Assembly (NCBI GenBank): GCA_003693705.1
Contig: RBZT01000125.1
Coordinates: 434,001 to 498,000 of the forward strand
Length of the DNA: 64,000 bases
DNA from: Polymyxa betae A26-41
Lineage: Eukaryota; Protista; Endomyxa: Phytomyxea
Direction of reading: 5' to 3'
The notes beneath the pieces are model-generated. The model searched no databases. It was given only the letters and a program-made list of their open reading frames with translations, and was not told the origin of the DNA. Shown one piece after another: positions 12,550 through 26,004 of this stretch (position 1 is the stretch's first letter; every line of letters begins with the position of its first letter). The position numbers were made by a program, and so were the translations under genes.

Positions 12550-14101
12550 TTAGTCAGAGTGTTCATTGAAATCAAACGATTCTTCATCGTCCATGGCATC
12601 GTTATCTTCGGGTTCCATTGTCCTGGTCTTAATGACAGGCACAGATGGAATTGGGACGAACAGGTTCCTCTCCATTTCAGGCTGCGTCCTGATAAACGCA
12701 TCCAGATCGAGCTCTTTGCCGAATTCGTTCACAATGATGGGAGCCTGAACTTGGACCTTCTCGACAGCAGGAGGCGCCACATAGAACGGGATCACCCCAT
12801 TGTTCCAATCATGAAGAACGAGACGGGCGGCCTGCTCGATATCAGGCACGCCGCCTCTCTTCAACTTCCCACGTTTATGAGCGACCCGCATCAAGAACTC
12901 GTTGGCATCAGCGAATCGGGCGATCTCATAGATCGCCATCAGTTCCTGGGCCGGGAATCGCTCCAAGATCGACTCGACGGCGCCGGCCGGGTCTTCGATC
13001 GTCTCGATCTTGACCGCATTTCGTAGGCAGGCCGACCCGACGTTATCGAAGATGACCCCGGGTGAATCCAGCAGCTTGATCTTGCCATCGAGATGCACCT
13101 CCTGGATGGATTTGGTCAGACCCGGCGTCGAACCCGTATTCACAGCCCGGCTTCGCTTCAGGCTGTTGATGACCGAGCTCTTCCCGGTGTTCGGGTACCC
13201 GATCAGACCGACCACCAGCGACGTCTTCAGATTCTGATTACGCGAATAGTTCTTGAGCAGCTGGAGGAGAGTGTCGGCGCCGAGGCAGCCGCTGGTCGAA
13301 ATCTGGCTGTCGTTGACGTGTTCAGCTCGACCTTTGTTCACAGACAGGCGCGACTTTTGGTTCTGCGTCGACGCCTTGAAGGCGATCGTCGGGAACGATT
13401 GCCGCAGGTACGCCAGCCAGCCTTCAGCGACTTCGCGAGGAACCAGATCTATCAGATTGATGAGATAAGACGCATTAGAGACGATGCAGTATTACCGATC
13501 TTGTTCAGGACGAAGACGATGCGTTTCTGGACCGGCGACGAGGGCGACATTTGCCCGCTGATGATCTTCTGTTCAAGGTCGATAGATCGGCAGCCCATGG
13601 GATCACGGGCGTCCAGCACCATCAGAATGACATCAGCGGTCTCCACGACACGCTTTAGTTCTTTTTGATACCAGGAGCGGGTGTTGCCCGACTCGCCGAT
13701 GGCTTTCTCAGGTCGGTTGCTGTCACGATCAGCGACGAACTCTTCGACCTGCATCTGCGTTGCTCGCTCCACCATCTTGCGACGCTTCTCAGCTTCACGT
13801 TTTCGGAGCTCCGACAGGCGGGACTGTTCGTCGGCCTCCTCCTCCTTCTTCTTAGCGAGCTGACGACAAAGATCTTCTTTGAATGGCCATAGATTCGGGA
13901 TACCGGGATCTTTTGATGGTTTCTTGGCCAGATTTGGATTCTGTTTCAGAAGTTTGGCGGCTTTCTTACGATGACTTTTGGCCTTGTTATCAACCATGTA
14001 TTTAACACGTAGTGATTGGCGATGCGATTTCGTCTCTGTACAAAAGGAATTCAGTAATGGAATACGACGAGATGGACGGATGATGTACTTTTACGACCCA
14101 T
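12550..14101 (-). CDS. Nucleostemin/GNL3/Nug1-like circularly permuted GTPase
   Basis: KDPGIPNLWPFK, DVILMVLDARDPMGCR, VLNKID, VGLIGYPNTGKSSVINSLKR, LLDSPG and LKRGGVPD. A short first exon (MGRK) starts at 14101. Confidence 0.93.
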
Positions 14102-14347
14102 TTCACAAGATCAGCTGGAAAATCAACGAATCTTACACAAAGGGGTTATTGCGGATTCCGTCACGGACTATCACGGACTCGGAAGAAATTTTTCAAAGAA
14201 ATTCGTGTTTATTTATTATGCAGTTTTATGGTGGAGCAATGACTGCATTAGCAACAATATCGTTACGAATCGTTCGCCATGAAAGAAAAATATCGACCCG
14301 TTGTAATCTGGAGAACTGAGAGCGATCGTCAACTGAGACTGAATTGT

Positions 14348-15517
14348 TCATGTAGAAGGACTGAATTTCTTGTTGAATTCAGCAATAAAGGCTCGGACGA
14401 AGTCTCGATGATTCGTCATAGTAATGATCTGACGAACAGATAGAGATTCAGCTTTCGTCCAGGTATGAGTCCCGTTGATCACAACCGCATTATCAACAAT
14501 AATAAACTGAATACAATCCTCCTCTATTAAAATCTCCCTTTGGCGACATACAATATTCACTTACGTTGATGGCGGATTCGGCAGGAGATTCGTCGATATG
14601 AATCTGAGCACCGAGTCCTTGCAGGGTACGAATCTCGGTCAGGTCAGAGCCCAGATACCCGTTCTTAGCGATAATACGAACGGGGACGTTCTGCGAGAGC
14701 AGGTTTTGGAGCAGTACAACCAGGTTCTGGTTGTCCAACGATGTGACATAGAGGTCGACGGAGACCCTGGCGATGACACTTAAACGACGTAATGCACGAC
14801 AAGCGTCCGATTGGCTTACGAGGCGTTGGAGATGCATTCGAGGAGGCGCTCCATGGGGTCTTGCTCGGGAGGCGCTGGTAGAAAGAAGACCTGATTGATT
14901 CTGCCTTTATCCAGACGAGGTTTGCCGGTCGTGGCGTTCACAGGAACCTGACGAGGGGAGGCCCGGCTAGCGCCTTCATTACTGCCATTGGGCGAGGATC
15001 GCCGGGCTGTGCCCTTACGAGGCGATACGTTGTTTGGCGTCTTCGATCGGACGACGGGACCGGTAAGGCTGACGGCAATAGGGTGGCCGAGAATCGCCTC
15101 CAGCTCTTTATGAGCAGCCTGGATGGCGGAGGCGCTCCCGTGAACTTCGACATTGCGATCGCGATCGCGAATCCGGGGAACATGAATATGACAGCCGCAT
15201 TTCTTTCGAAGTTCTTTGAGAATGGAGCCTTCAGGGCCGATAATCGCTGAATGTTGTTTCTTAGGAATGGAAAAATACGCGATGGTTAATTCGTTGTCGT
15301 CGAGTTCATAGCCCAGAATACGCTCGATCATTTCTTGAGCTTCTTCAATTGATTCGGGTTCTCCAGTGATGGTCACCGCCGAAGACTGTTCTTTACGAGA
15401 CGGGATGACGATGACGGTGCCGGTTTTCGCCATGATGTCGTTGATGATCTGGCGGGATTTCCCCACGACCAGGGACTGAGCCCTACGAGGCATCTGCAAA
15501 GTCAGAGTGTTGGACAT
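14348..15517 (-). CDS. Two KH domains fused to a degenerate PLD/Zucchini(PLD6)-like domain
   Basis: KH1 (VVGKSRQII..TGTVIVIP..VTITG) and KH2 (IIGPEGSILKEL..CHIHVP..VEVHG). The spliced C-terminus (SVDLYVTSL..VPVRII..FIIVDNAVVINGTHTWT..FIAEFNK) follows the PLD6/Nuc pattern but lacks HxK. Confidence 0.7.
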
Positions 15518-15810
15518 GGCGTCAGCTGGTGGAGGAAGAGGTGGCAGGCCGACGGTGATGAACGTGTCCAGACCAGGAGATAGTCGTGAGAATTCCACTT
15601 CACAAAGCAGAATAAAAACACGGCACTCACTCAAGGCCAAGCAGGCTTTCCCAAAAAAGTGCGCTGTGCTGACCACTTACGCACTTTCTTAATTCCAACT
15701 TACCTCACGCTCGACTCCTCTTTATTTCGTCGAATTTTCTTGGTCGAAACTGCCAGCCAGGTTTTATTCTACTCTTGACTGATGATCGTGTCATTGTATT
15801 ATGATATAAA

Positions 15811-17371
15811 TTACATTTTCAGATGTGGAAATTTCGAGTGTGATTCCAGAATATGGGCTAATCGGAATAGTTTCTCTTCCTGGAACGCATTGCCAATCAG
15901 CTGGATGCCTAAAGGCAATGATCTGCTCGATAAAGATGACGGTATCGATATAGCTGGCAATCCTGCTAGACTGGCTGGAATCGTCATGATATCCTGAACG
16001 GGATTGTAGTTAGTGAATGATGCAATTCCAATAAAAGACTCACATTAAGGTATCCGCCAACAATGTCGTCTTTTGTTTCCACCAAACGCTTCAAAGTAGG
16101 AGCATCCGATATTGTAGTTGTTGTTAGCAAGGCATCAATTCCTAATGCAGGATAAGTGTCATTTACGAAATAAAGTTTCACGCCCACAGCCATATCTACC
16201 TTGATCAAACAAGGCGGAGAACTCTGCCATTAACGTGGCTCGTAAACGTTGGGCTTGTATGAAATATTCCCGAATCGCATCACTTGATAGAATGAAGGAT
16301 CCAGCAAGAATTCGCCGCTTGACTTCGACACCGAAACCTTCAGTCCTGTTCTTCTGAATTGCCTCTCCAAAGGTTGTGTCTTTGTCAGCAGGAGTGCAGT
16401 ATCCTAGCGATTATCAGCAAAAAATCAATTTAACAGACCGATCATGCAAACACTTAATACCATATCGCATGCCATCATAACGAGATAGATTGGAAGAGGC
16501 CTCAGCAGGAGCCAGGATATAATAGGCTGGTAGTGCATATTTCACCGAAGGTATGCTGACAGATACAACTTTGGCTCCCAGGCTTTGGACCCGGTCGACA
16601 GATTGTTGCCAGCAAGATCTAACATCGGAAGCGATCTATGAAAAATGGGCAACCAATGAGGACAGAAATCAACATTAAGAGTCCGCCTACTTCTTCAACA
16701 TTGAATTCTAAGGGAACCCCGATTGTTATCCCATTGAAGTCATTACGATTTTCGATTTGATCAAGGCGAATTGGGTCGCTGGCCACTGAAGTCGGGTCCT
16801 TTTCATCGAGACCGTCGATCGCAGAGAATACCTTGGCAGCATCCACAACACTGCGAGCTAGGATTCCAGGACAATCCAGCGAGCTAGCGTAGGCGAGAAG
16901 TCCCCAACGAGATAGTCGACCATATGTGGGCTTCATGCCAACAATGCCACAAAATGAAGCGGGCATGCGAACAGAACCACCCGTATCAGATCCCAATGCT
17001 GCGAACACTTCGTTGCTGGCAACAGCTGCAGCACTGCCGCCAGAGCTTCCGCCAGCTGTCACCGGCTCTCCGACCACTTTCGACCACGGGTTCTGAACCG
17101 AAACGTTAAAGCTTCCCATTCCGAATTCATCCATCGCTGTCTTCGAGACAATTTTACATCCCGATTCTCGTAACCGTTTTACAACCGTAGCGTCGAATCC
17201 AGGCTGATACGATTTCAAAATGTCGCTGCTGGCAGTACATGGGAACCCGATCACAGAGAAATTATCTTTAACTGCGATGCAAGCCCCAGACAGATCTGGT
17301 CGCAATGCATTTGGAGGAAGACTGGCGGGCTGGCTGTAAAAGCGACAGCTATATTTCAATCGCCATCGCAT
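15811..17371 (-). CDS. QRSL1: Mitochondrial glutamyl-tRNA(Gln) amidotransferase subunit A (amidase signature)
   Basis: [83 protein letters not shown]. Confidence 0.92.
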
Positions 17372-17549
17372 TGTGCAAAGTACATGATCCGGAGTTGCGT
17401 CAACGACAGGGGGTTTGCCCTATTCAGTTTTCACATCATTGTAGCTTGATTTCTAATATTGGCTCAATCGATCGACGTCCTCGTCAGCTAGAGATAAAAA
17501 ATTGTCAGTTAAAGTATAGAATGTCTATTGTAATAAATAATTAACAATG

Positions 17550-20500
17550 TTATTGAGGATTCGATTCTTCACGATGGACTAGAACGGCATCCCCTGAGAC
17601 AGTTATAACAGAATAGACCTGATCACGGCGAGGCTGAGCAATTGAAAATTGATTCACACAATAGCTCAGCAGGCAATTGCCTCCTATAATTAAAAGTCAT
17701 TTCGTATAGGTCGGAGCAGTAAGACAAACAAACCCCTTGCTGCAACATTAGCTCGAAGTACCGAATGGGCTTCGGCTAAGAACTGATGTGTGTAGCGCGC
17801 GAGTCCTCCCTCATCATGAGACAACCAACGCTCGTTAATGAAATGCAAATGAACCCGGCCAAGGCATTTAACAATCGTCATTCCCGCAGGACAAACCTCC
17901 AATGCAGATATCGACACTTGAGAGTCAAATGGCTCCTTGCTACTTTCAACAGGCTTTTCAGGGAACTCCAATAATCGGGGCCAGCCTTCATTGTAGCGAT
18001 CCGATTCCTGCATGTTTGGCTGCGTTCTAACAGCCTGCGCTGTCATTATGATATCGATTTCATCTTCATCAGGGATATTAATCTGAGCCTGCATACAGGT
18101 CAACGTCAAGGGGCGAGAATGCCTCACAGAAAACGCCAGCTGAGCCTGCATATCGTGGAATGCCACTGATAGTTGCTGATTCAGTTGCGAGTTAGGCACA
18201 TTACAGGCAATCCTTCGAAAGGCTGTAAGCGAGCCAAGGTCAGCAGTGATAAGATGATATGTGCCCATTCCATCGGTATTTGTGAAGAACATGTCATCAG
18301 GTGGACACGGATCCAGTCTGAATTCTTATTAGCTCCGGTTATATTTACAAGTGAAAAACTCACAGAGAACTGACGACATCTTCATCGTATTCATCGTCAA
18401 TTTGAAGAACAACTGCTTGTCGATCTTGATCGTCTTCGAGAATATTGGCGTCATCGCTTTCGTCGCTGCTGGTCCAAGATTCATTACTAGTCGGTGAGGA
18501 TTGCCGATGACGCAGCAGCTCCGTGTGTTTGGAGATGTTTCGGTCACTGATGGAAACCAGCAGATCTTGGGCATCAACCATCGCTTTCTCAGTCATCGTA
18601 CTTCGAGCGATACGTAAAACTGGAGGAAGAGGAAGTGCAGGCAGGAAAGTCGCCGTTGCCATTGCGACGGCAACGATCAAATTATCTCCAACAGTCAATC
18701 GGATTCGCAGCCCAAATGCTGCATTCATTCCAAAAAGACGCAGCTTATACATAAGTTGACGATGCAGATCAAATTCGATAAATGGGATTGTTTCTGATAC
18801 CAGATGTGCGTTCGCTTCACCTTGGCATTTCTTCTTCGAGCGCACCACCCGAGCCTCGATCATACGGCATCCGCCGGTCATTTCGAAGCGTTTTCCGGGG
18901 ACAATTGTCGCAAGCAATATATCTGGGACAAGGTGTTTGCCGCAAATTGCACACGGCATGAGATTCATGCGAAATGGGGCTGTTTCCCTTGAATATGTGA
19001 TATGGCAAACAGAGCATGATCCTTTTCGCTTCATCTCGGATGTTTGATAATTGATCTTTGAAGGTGTATGTCCTGCGGAAGGTTAGAAATAGTACATTGA
19101 TTCGGAAGCGGCTGACTTCTGCGAATCGATCTAGAATGCCTCTTCAAGGCGGCGTTAGGCTTGAGTTCGCACTGTACGGCAGTCCCAATAGCAGATAGCA
19201 CACATACATCGCCTTCAATAATGCTGGAAGATTCTGAATAGCCCAAGACAACGTGACAATTCAGTGCTCTCGCATGAGAGCGGATCTCATTACGTAGCTC
19301 CTGCCACCTAGATATTGGTTAGAGGAACGAAGTCATGGCAATCCATAACACCATTTATCGCGGAGGTCTTTATCGGTGTTCTTGTGCGCCAATATCTTCA
19401 CACTGCGCGCAGAGACGACACCGCCAATTCGAAGATCGAACATTTCTGGAAGATAGGTAACCGTTAAAAGAACAACACCCTTCAAAATCGTCCTTTGGAT
19501 ATTTAGCAACGACAGCAGATCGACATCCACATGGGCGGATCCGGGAAATGGCATTGAAGGAAGCGAGGTTGTGGGAGCCAACAGGCCCGATTTTAGGACA
19601 GAGACACGCTCCGGATGACGTGAAGGCGACGACAGTGATGATTCGCTAAATGATTCTCTACGATCAAAATATTCGGGTTGCTGTAAATGTGACGATTGAA
19701 CTTGATGCGAAAGACGACGCTCGACGGTGCATGCGGTTCCGAGTCCACGAGAAATTATGCCTCCCTCTCCTTCAAAATCGAACTGAACAGCAATCTCAGG
19801 CTTAAAATTGCCGATTGGAAGTAAATACCTCAAGACGATAAGCAAGAACGGCATTTGCTCCCATTTCAAGAGCCTTACTGCCTACGCTTCGTCGAACAGT
19901 GCTGGCCAGCTGATGAAGCAACAACATTCGCGCTTCGTTAGAAGTACGAGATGTACGAAACGAATCGGCCCAGTGGTATTCAGGATCGGCAGCCATAACC
20001 AGCTCTTCACAAAACCCATTAATGTGAACAAGTTCATATTCGCTTTCTGTTAGTCTCGATGTACAGAAGACTGCAAATTCACCGGTTAAATTTGGAAAAA
20101 GAGCAACCGTAACCGCGCCTACAGACAACACCCGCAGCAGTGCTTTTGAAAGCTACCACAAATTCCTCAGTCGATTTACTAATGCAGAGCGCAAGACCTT
20201 ACGATTGACGTCGCCAAAAAATTGCAACTTGACTTGAACGCAAAGATATCCTCGGACGCCTCGTAATGTGTCGAATATCGGATACCAGCCCTTGAGCTCA
20301 GATGCAGCGACTAGAAGACAGTTGAGGTCCAAGATTACGGCACTGAAGGAAATGAAAATTCGGCCCGATATTGGTAATCGAGTTGACTACCCGATTGTGT
20401 TATCAGACGAATAGACATCTTTGTCTAGAACAGTGAGACGAATGGGTTCATCCTAAAACAGAATTAAAATGGCATAAGGAACAAGAATTAACACTGATAA

Positions 20501-20939
20501 AATTCATAATGAATCTACGTAAATACGATAAACAAGGAATAGCATTGTGTATATTTTCGATGGTCAAAGCATAATTACAAAGTAGGGATATATTGGGCTT
20601 TATATTGGGCTTTTCCAATATATCCCTACAAGGTAATAAAGCATGAAAAACGCAAACTCGTTAAAGTAAAGAATGAGTCTTGAAATCCACCTGAAGGATT
20701 GTGTCATCGGGCACATCGATGCGGAATAAATGGTCCCATTTCGGATGCAATCTGAGCAATGTAAAAATGAAAATAATTACATGCTCTTAGGCAAATTCTG
20801 ACGTTTTCCTGCAGATAGACGTTTTATCTGTATGCTCGCCGAACAATAACGAGACATAGGCATCGGTCAGACCGCTTTTCCGATCCATTACAGGCAGGTC
20901 GCGCGCCTCGATGATTCGAAGCTTGATGGTCGAAGGCAT
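17550..20939 (-). CDS. C2CD5: C2 domain-containing protein 5 (C2 plus YbjQ-like domains)
   Basis: N-terminus MPSTIKLRIIEARDLPVMDRKSGLTDAYV. Also DPEYHWADSFRTSRTSNEAR, GGVVSARSVK, GYSESSSI..VCVLSAIGTA and PFIEFDLHRQLMYKL. Confidence 0.85.
20582..20629. repeat. Perfect 15-bp inverted repeat (hairpin) inside a 238-nt intron
   Basis: gtagggatatattgg ... ccaatatatccctac with an 18-nt loop; internal direct repeat tatattgggcttt x2. Confidence 0.85.
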
Positions 20940-21378
20940 GGTTCATGCCCCGACCTAGTCTGGGGCGTTCGTTCAGCCAGCAGCCAGGGTCGCGACGGAG
21001 ATATGAAGTCCCCAGAGCTGCGTGATGTCGGAAACATGGCCATTCTCATAGAAACACTCTGTAAAGCAAATGGCTCGCCATTGAGGTAGCAGCAATCACC
21101 ACTACAAAGAGAACACAGTCATGAGCCTTAGTGAATTTCAACACGCGCCCAAATGAAACGCAAGGGTTTGTCATATGTTTCACATGGCCGATATAGTTCA
21201 GTCTAGACTACCCATAGGGGAGCCCCGCTGACCTGTAATGAGCGCTCTAACACATGAACATTTTCACTATCGTCGTGTATTATGACTATTATCCATTAAC
21301 TATTGACTCCGTCGTCACGACCGGTCATTGCGGGCTTGATCTTGTTGCAGACTGGCTCTACGCCAGACCGGGACCCGG

Positions 21379-22372
21379 ATGCCGATCGGCCTGGGTCGTT
21401 CTAGCGGTCCCAATTTCCGAGCGGGCTATCTACGTTCGGCGCTGGGCGCCGTAGATCGGCGCCGAGACCTGCAGCGCTCGATTGATGCACTCTTGAATGG
21501 CGACCACGAAATAATTGGTAACGGCTGCGATCGAGCATTCATGAATTTCCCTCAATTATTTCAGATCTTGCTCGGCTTCGGGATCTGATTTCTGCTGGGG
21601 TGGGTGAGGTCCCTGCTGAATGTCGCCAGACGGTTTGGGCCCTGTTTCTTGGTGTTCTTCCGACACTGCGTCCTTCATGGTCGTTTGTGTCTTCTCAACT
21701 CAATGACCGCTATCTCGATCTGTCTGAAGCTGCTGATGTTCTTATCAAAGCAGAGACAAAATCTCTTTGCGCTGCTAAACGCATGAGATGTGCATTAAAA
21801 ATTGCAAACGAAATTGAGCGTTTGGATAATTTGATTCCGGTTCACGACGGCGTACTAAAAATTTTCGCTTCGGTCTTTCCAGATTCTGAAGCGTTTGCTT
21901 TCTTTATGTATTGTTCGTACATTCGCTCATCTTATCAGACTTATTCAAACCTATCTGAGCTGGTGTTTGATTTCTGCGAGCTCTTCGATCTCGATTTTCA
22001 AACTGTTTTGGAGCGAAACATGGCGGAATTGGGATCTCTTGTTCAATGGTGGATCGATTCCTGTTTTGTATCGGCAAAGTTGTTCGGGTCATTACTCCCT
22101 ATTTGGGAACGAATTGTGCTTTTGCAAAGCACTCATTTCATTATATCAATCTGCTTGGCACTGTTGTCGTGCGCTCGCGAATCTATAATGCAAACCGATC
22201 TCCCCGTCGATTCGATATCCACATCTGTTGAAATTGCTGTAAGGTTTTTTTGATCTTTTGTTGAGGGCGCTAACTCATGCTCCAGATTCGTGATCGACCG
22301 GTTGAGGTTGTATACGCTAAAGCTCTGGAGCTTGATGCCTCACTCTCCAGGCGAATTTCCCACAATTTTTAA
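21379..22372 (+). CDS. TBC1D7-like Rab-GAP-fold protein
   Basis: NFRAGY near the N-terminus, CRQTVWALFLGVLP, WIDSCFV, LLPIWERIV and VYAKALEL parallel TBC1D7 (NFRSVYY, RALVWKVLLGILP, VSKAIDL). About 290 aa with two introns. Confidence 0.6.
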
Positions 22373-22742
22373 GAAAAACAAACCGAACCATAGCCATCCT
22401 CTTTTCGTCTAATGTATATTTAATATAAATCAAATTGTATTTCAAATTTCTCTGGCTGTGTTTCTGGTCGAACTCTCTGGATTTCTCGTCTGTTCTTTGG
22501 TGGATACTGCGAACGCCGATAAATAACACATCACATTACAAGGTCTCTTTCCGTCCAACTTATCAGATTACAAACAGGTCGGTGCTTGTTTCAGATTGTA
22601 TAGTAATTGGTCCCACCGCGCAGTTTGATTCTTTCTAGCTGGGCGCCTTCGTCACAATACTGCCTGCTGATTTCTCAGAGCTCATTGCCGGTGTCTGCCG
22701 ACGCCAACGCTGCGGCGGCCTTTCGTCGTCGGCAGCACCTCC

Positions 22743-25700
22743 ATGATCCGATCGGTGCCCTTCTCAGCAACTGGTATCAAGCGTCCTCAGAATCCTCTTC
22801 CGAATCCAGCATTGACAAAAAGGCCAAATTTGGCACCTTCGCCGGTCGTCGGTCCTGCCCCCGGTCATCATCCCAATGAGTTTACGCCGGGAGGAGCCCC
22901 AGCGCGAGATAAACCCAATCAGGCGCTCACCACATCGCGATTCGATGACGAATTCGGTGACGACTTTTTTTATGGGACCAATCTTGATAAGGTTATAGCC
23001 TTAACCGATATGGCTCTTAAAAGTTCGGGTTTGCCGCCAATGACGCTTCAATCCAAACCGATACCGATACAAACGAATTCTACTGCATTGCAACCACTTG
23101 GTGCAATGCCTCAACCTATAGCGTCATGTTCGGCTTCGATGCAAATCCCTCCAACAACAAGTTCTGTCCCAATGAAGTCTCCTGGACCGATGTCGCTCGG
23201 TCAAAAGCAGCTTCCACCAAAGCAACTCCCGACAAAACAGCCCCCGATAAAGCAGCCTGTGGTTAACCCCAATCGTTACGGGAATGGGTTCCACGATTCT
23301 GCTGCGAAACAGGGTGTACCATTTCCACACTCGATTAAGCCTAGCACTGGTCAACGTGCCTACGTCAATGGTCAGCAACAGGCAGTTTCACAAAATCCAA
23401 ACCAAGGTCCAGTGACAACGCTCTTGAATACAGCGCCTGCAACACCAACCCAACATGTCATATATACCGGTACAGAACCTTTTTATAAAATCGATGGGCT
23501 CAGGGCTAAGTCGTTGTTAGAACCTAATATTGCCTCTGTTGCTTGCGGGAAGGACTCAACACATCCATCGGATTTCTCACTAGAGGAGGAATGTAATCGT
23601 CTTCGCACAATGTACAACGAATGTAGCCAAGAACGAGGCAGGCTTCGTCTTCAGCAAGCGAGATTACAAAAACAGATTGATGACAAGGTTTTCGTTTTCA
23701 CAACTCTTTGACTTATATGCTCATTATTTGTGCAGACAAACACAGTAATCTTGCTGAGGTCGAAATTAAGTTCTCTCGAATCGCAAGTAATCTCTGGCTG
23801 CTTCTGTCATGTTTGTTGCTCATACGACTTTGCAGTTGAGCAAAACTCGTGCGGAGATGGCACATCGAGCGGCTCAGAAGAATGATGCTTATAAGGCTCA
23901 GCACGAAAGGTTGGAAGCCCAGATTAACACTCTAAATCTTGAGAGGGAATCGCTGGTTCGATTATGTCATTTCTCTTTTTTCATGTGGATTTATCGCGTT
24001 TTCAGGAGCGAGAGCTGGAAGAAATTGGACGCACTAATGAGTCTCTAACACGAGTCTGTTAATTCACGACGCCCTTTACAAAGCTAATTTTCTGTTGATG
24101 AAAGGCCTTATCGTCCGAAAGACAAGTTGTTCTGGCTCTGAAGCGACAAGTGACGGGATCAAATCACTTTAATCGGAACAATAGCTCGTCCGTTGATGAT
24201 GTATTTGGCTTTGTCCGGACATTAATGTTGCTTAGTCCAGAGAAAGATGTATCAAATCATCTTCCGCCATCCGAAGATGCTGTTGCTTGCCAAAATTCAA
24301 ACGTTTCTTTGCGAAGAGATGGCAGCTTAGGTTCGAAACTTTGCAATATTTTCTGAAATTCCTTTCTTATCTTTCTTGCCAGTTTGCAATCCAGAATCGT
24401 TTCTTAAAAAGTCCAGTATTTCAACTCAGCAAAACAGCTGCGACAGATTCCTTCCAAAAATCCTGTTTGCTATTGTCAATATACCCGTTTTTTGCACGTG
24501 TTTACTCCTTTCAGGTCAGCATCGCTGGAAGACGGGTTGCTTGAGCTTGCCCGTTGCTCTGGTATTGCAGAGCTGTACCAGAAGCTAGGCACGGGAATCG
24601 AAAACCAAATTGAGCTTCTAATTAACGGCAGCTATCCCGTCTTCTATGCTGTTCCTATTCTAAAGCCAATCATAGATTCTGGCAACACATCATTGTAATA
24701 GTAGTTTCGGATGTTTAACGGCTAAACTGAAGGTGTTCACAGCATGAGACCTGTATTGAAGGTCCTCTTCGTCCTTGTTTCACATGATTCTCGCTGTCGA
24801 CAGATCGTTCTTGGTCTTCCGAAGCTTTCAAAACCACCGCAGTCTTCTACTTGTTATTTTGGACATTTCACTCCTGAGTTGGTCCCAAGTCCTCTTTGGC
24901 CGAAGCCAGGGACATGCTTGGCTGTTTTTAAATCCAGTATGGCTCGTTTCGAAGCAACCAACAATTCCTTACGAAGGTAATATCATTTTTTGATGTTTTC
25001 TCAATCTTATTTTACAATAGCTTTTATAAACCTGAAGAAGAATCAATTGCAACCGACTTCATCGAATGTCCTGGCATTGTGAATTCGCTAATGACTGTTT
25101 TAAAGAATCCCAACAAACCTGGTTCCACTGAGGTTATTAGGTTCTCTTTGTTGATTTTACTGGAACTGTTACGTCATGCTCAAAATCCCCAGATACCAAA
25201 GTTGCAAGTAACAGTGAGCTTATTGACTGCTTTCTAAACTCATCCGTTCAGATTCAATGCTCTGTTAGACACTGGCTTGTTGCAGTCATTGTTTAATATG
25301 ACTGCAGATCTTTTTTGCCAGACGATTATTCTTATGATATTTAACCATCTTTTATGGTATGAGGATAACTTGAGATGGTTTACCAAGAACAGCTCTCAGC
25401 CATCTGCTCTGGAATGTGCTTTCAAAGCTTTGGAATTTAGGGCCAATCCCGAAGAATACCAACAAGTATATGTGTCTGTCCACAGAGAGTTTTGTGATAA
25501 TAATGCTTAGGCCACGACTTTACATCTAATGGCGATGGATCTGATTGGGTTCATTCTAGCGAAGTATGGTCAATGCGGTGTAAAGGTGATTTTCTATGGT
25601 TCAGTTAATCCCGAACAAAGAAATTTACCAGAGCAACAAGTACTACCGAAGATTGCTGCTGTAATGACGGCTGTGTTAGATATCTCTGAGACTCTTCAAT

Positions 25701-26004
25701 CAGAAAGGTAGGCTGGAACTTAGCGTTAAGATTGAATTGATCTCTCATATGCCGTGTTAGATATCAACTAGTTTACAAAGGGATCTCTCTGATTGAAACA
25801 CTTCTACTCCATGTCGACGCCACTCTACAAACAGCAGGATACAGGTTCCATTTTCTGAGCCTACTGACGCGTATCATGCAGGTCGGCGACGATTCCCTTG
25901 CCGACCATGCTAGCTGTTGCCGCCTTCAGTTGATTGAATCTGGCTGTCTGGATCTTCTTAGCAAGCCAGGTCGCAGCAACGACTCAAATAGTTTCTCTGC
26001 CTGA
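22743..26004 (+). CDS. Large protein: acidic motif, Pro/Gln-rich region, coiled coil, helical-repeat C-terminus (possible ATRIP/Ddc2-like)
   Basis: Multi-exon + strand model with FDDEFGDDFF..LDKVIALTD, heptad runs (EECNRLRTMY..RLQKQID) and a Leu-rich helical C-terminal half. Confidence 0.5.

Noticed and set aside
12559-13892. Long + strand ORFs opposite the GNL3 gene
   Set aside because: Antisense shadows of a codon-biased gene.
18083-18152. 13-nt direct repeat ctgagcctgcata, 57 nt apart, resembling an intron or insertion with a target-site duplication
   Set aside because: The intervening sequence translates in frame to residues that fit the C2CD5 C-terminal region, so it is most simply coding coincidence (MQAQ twice).
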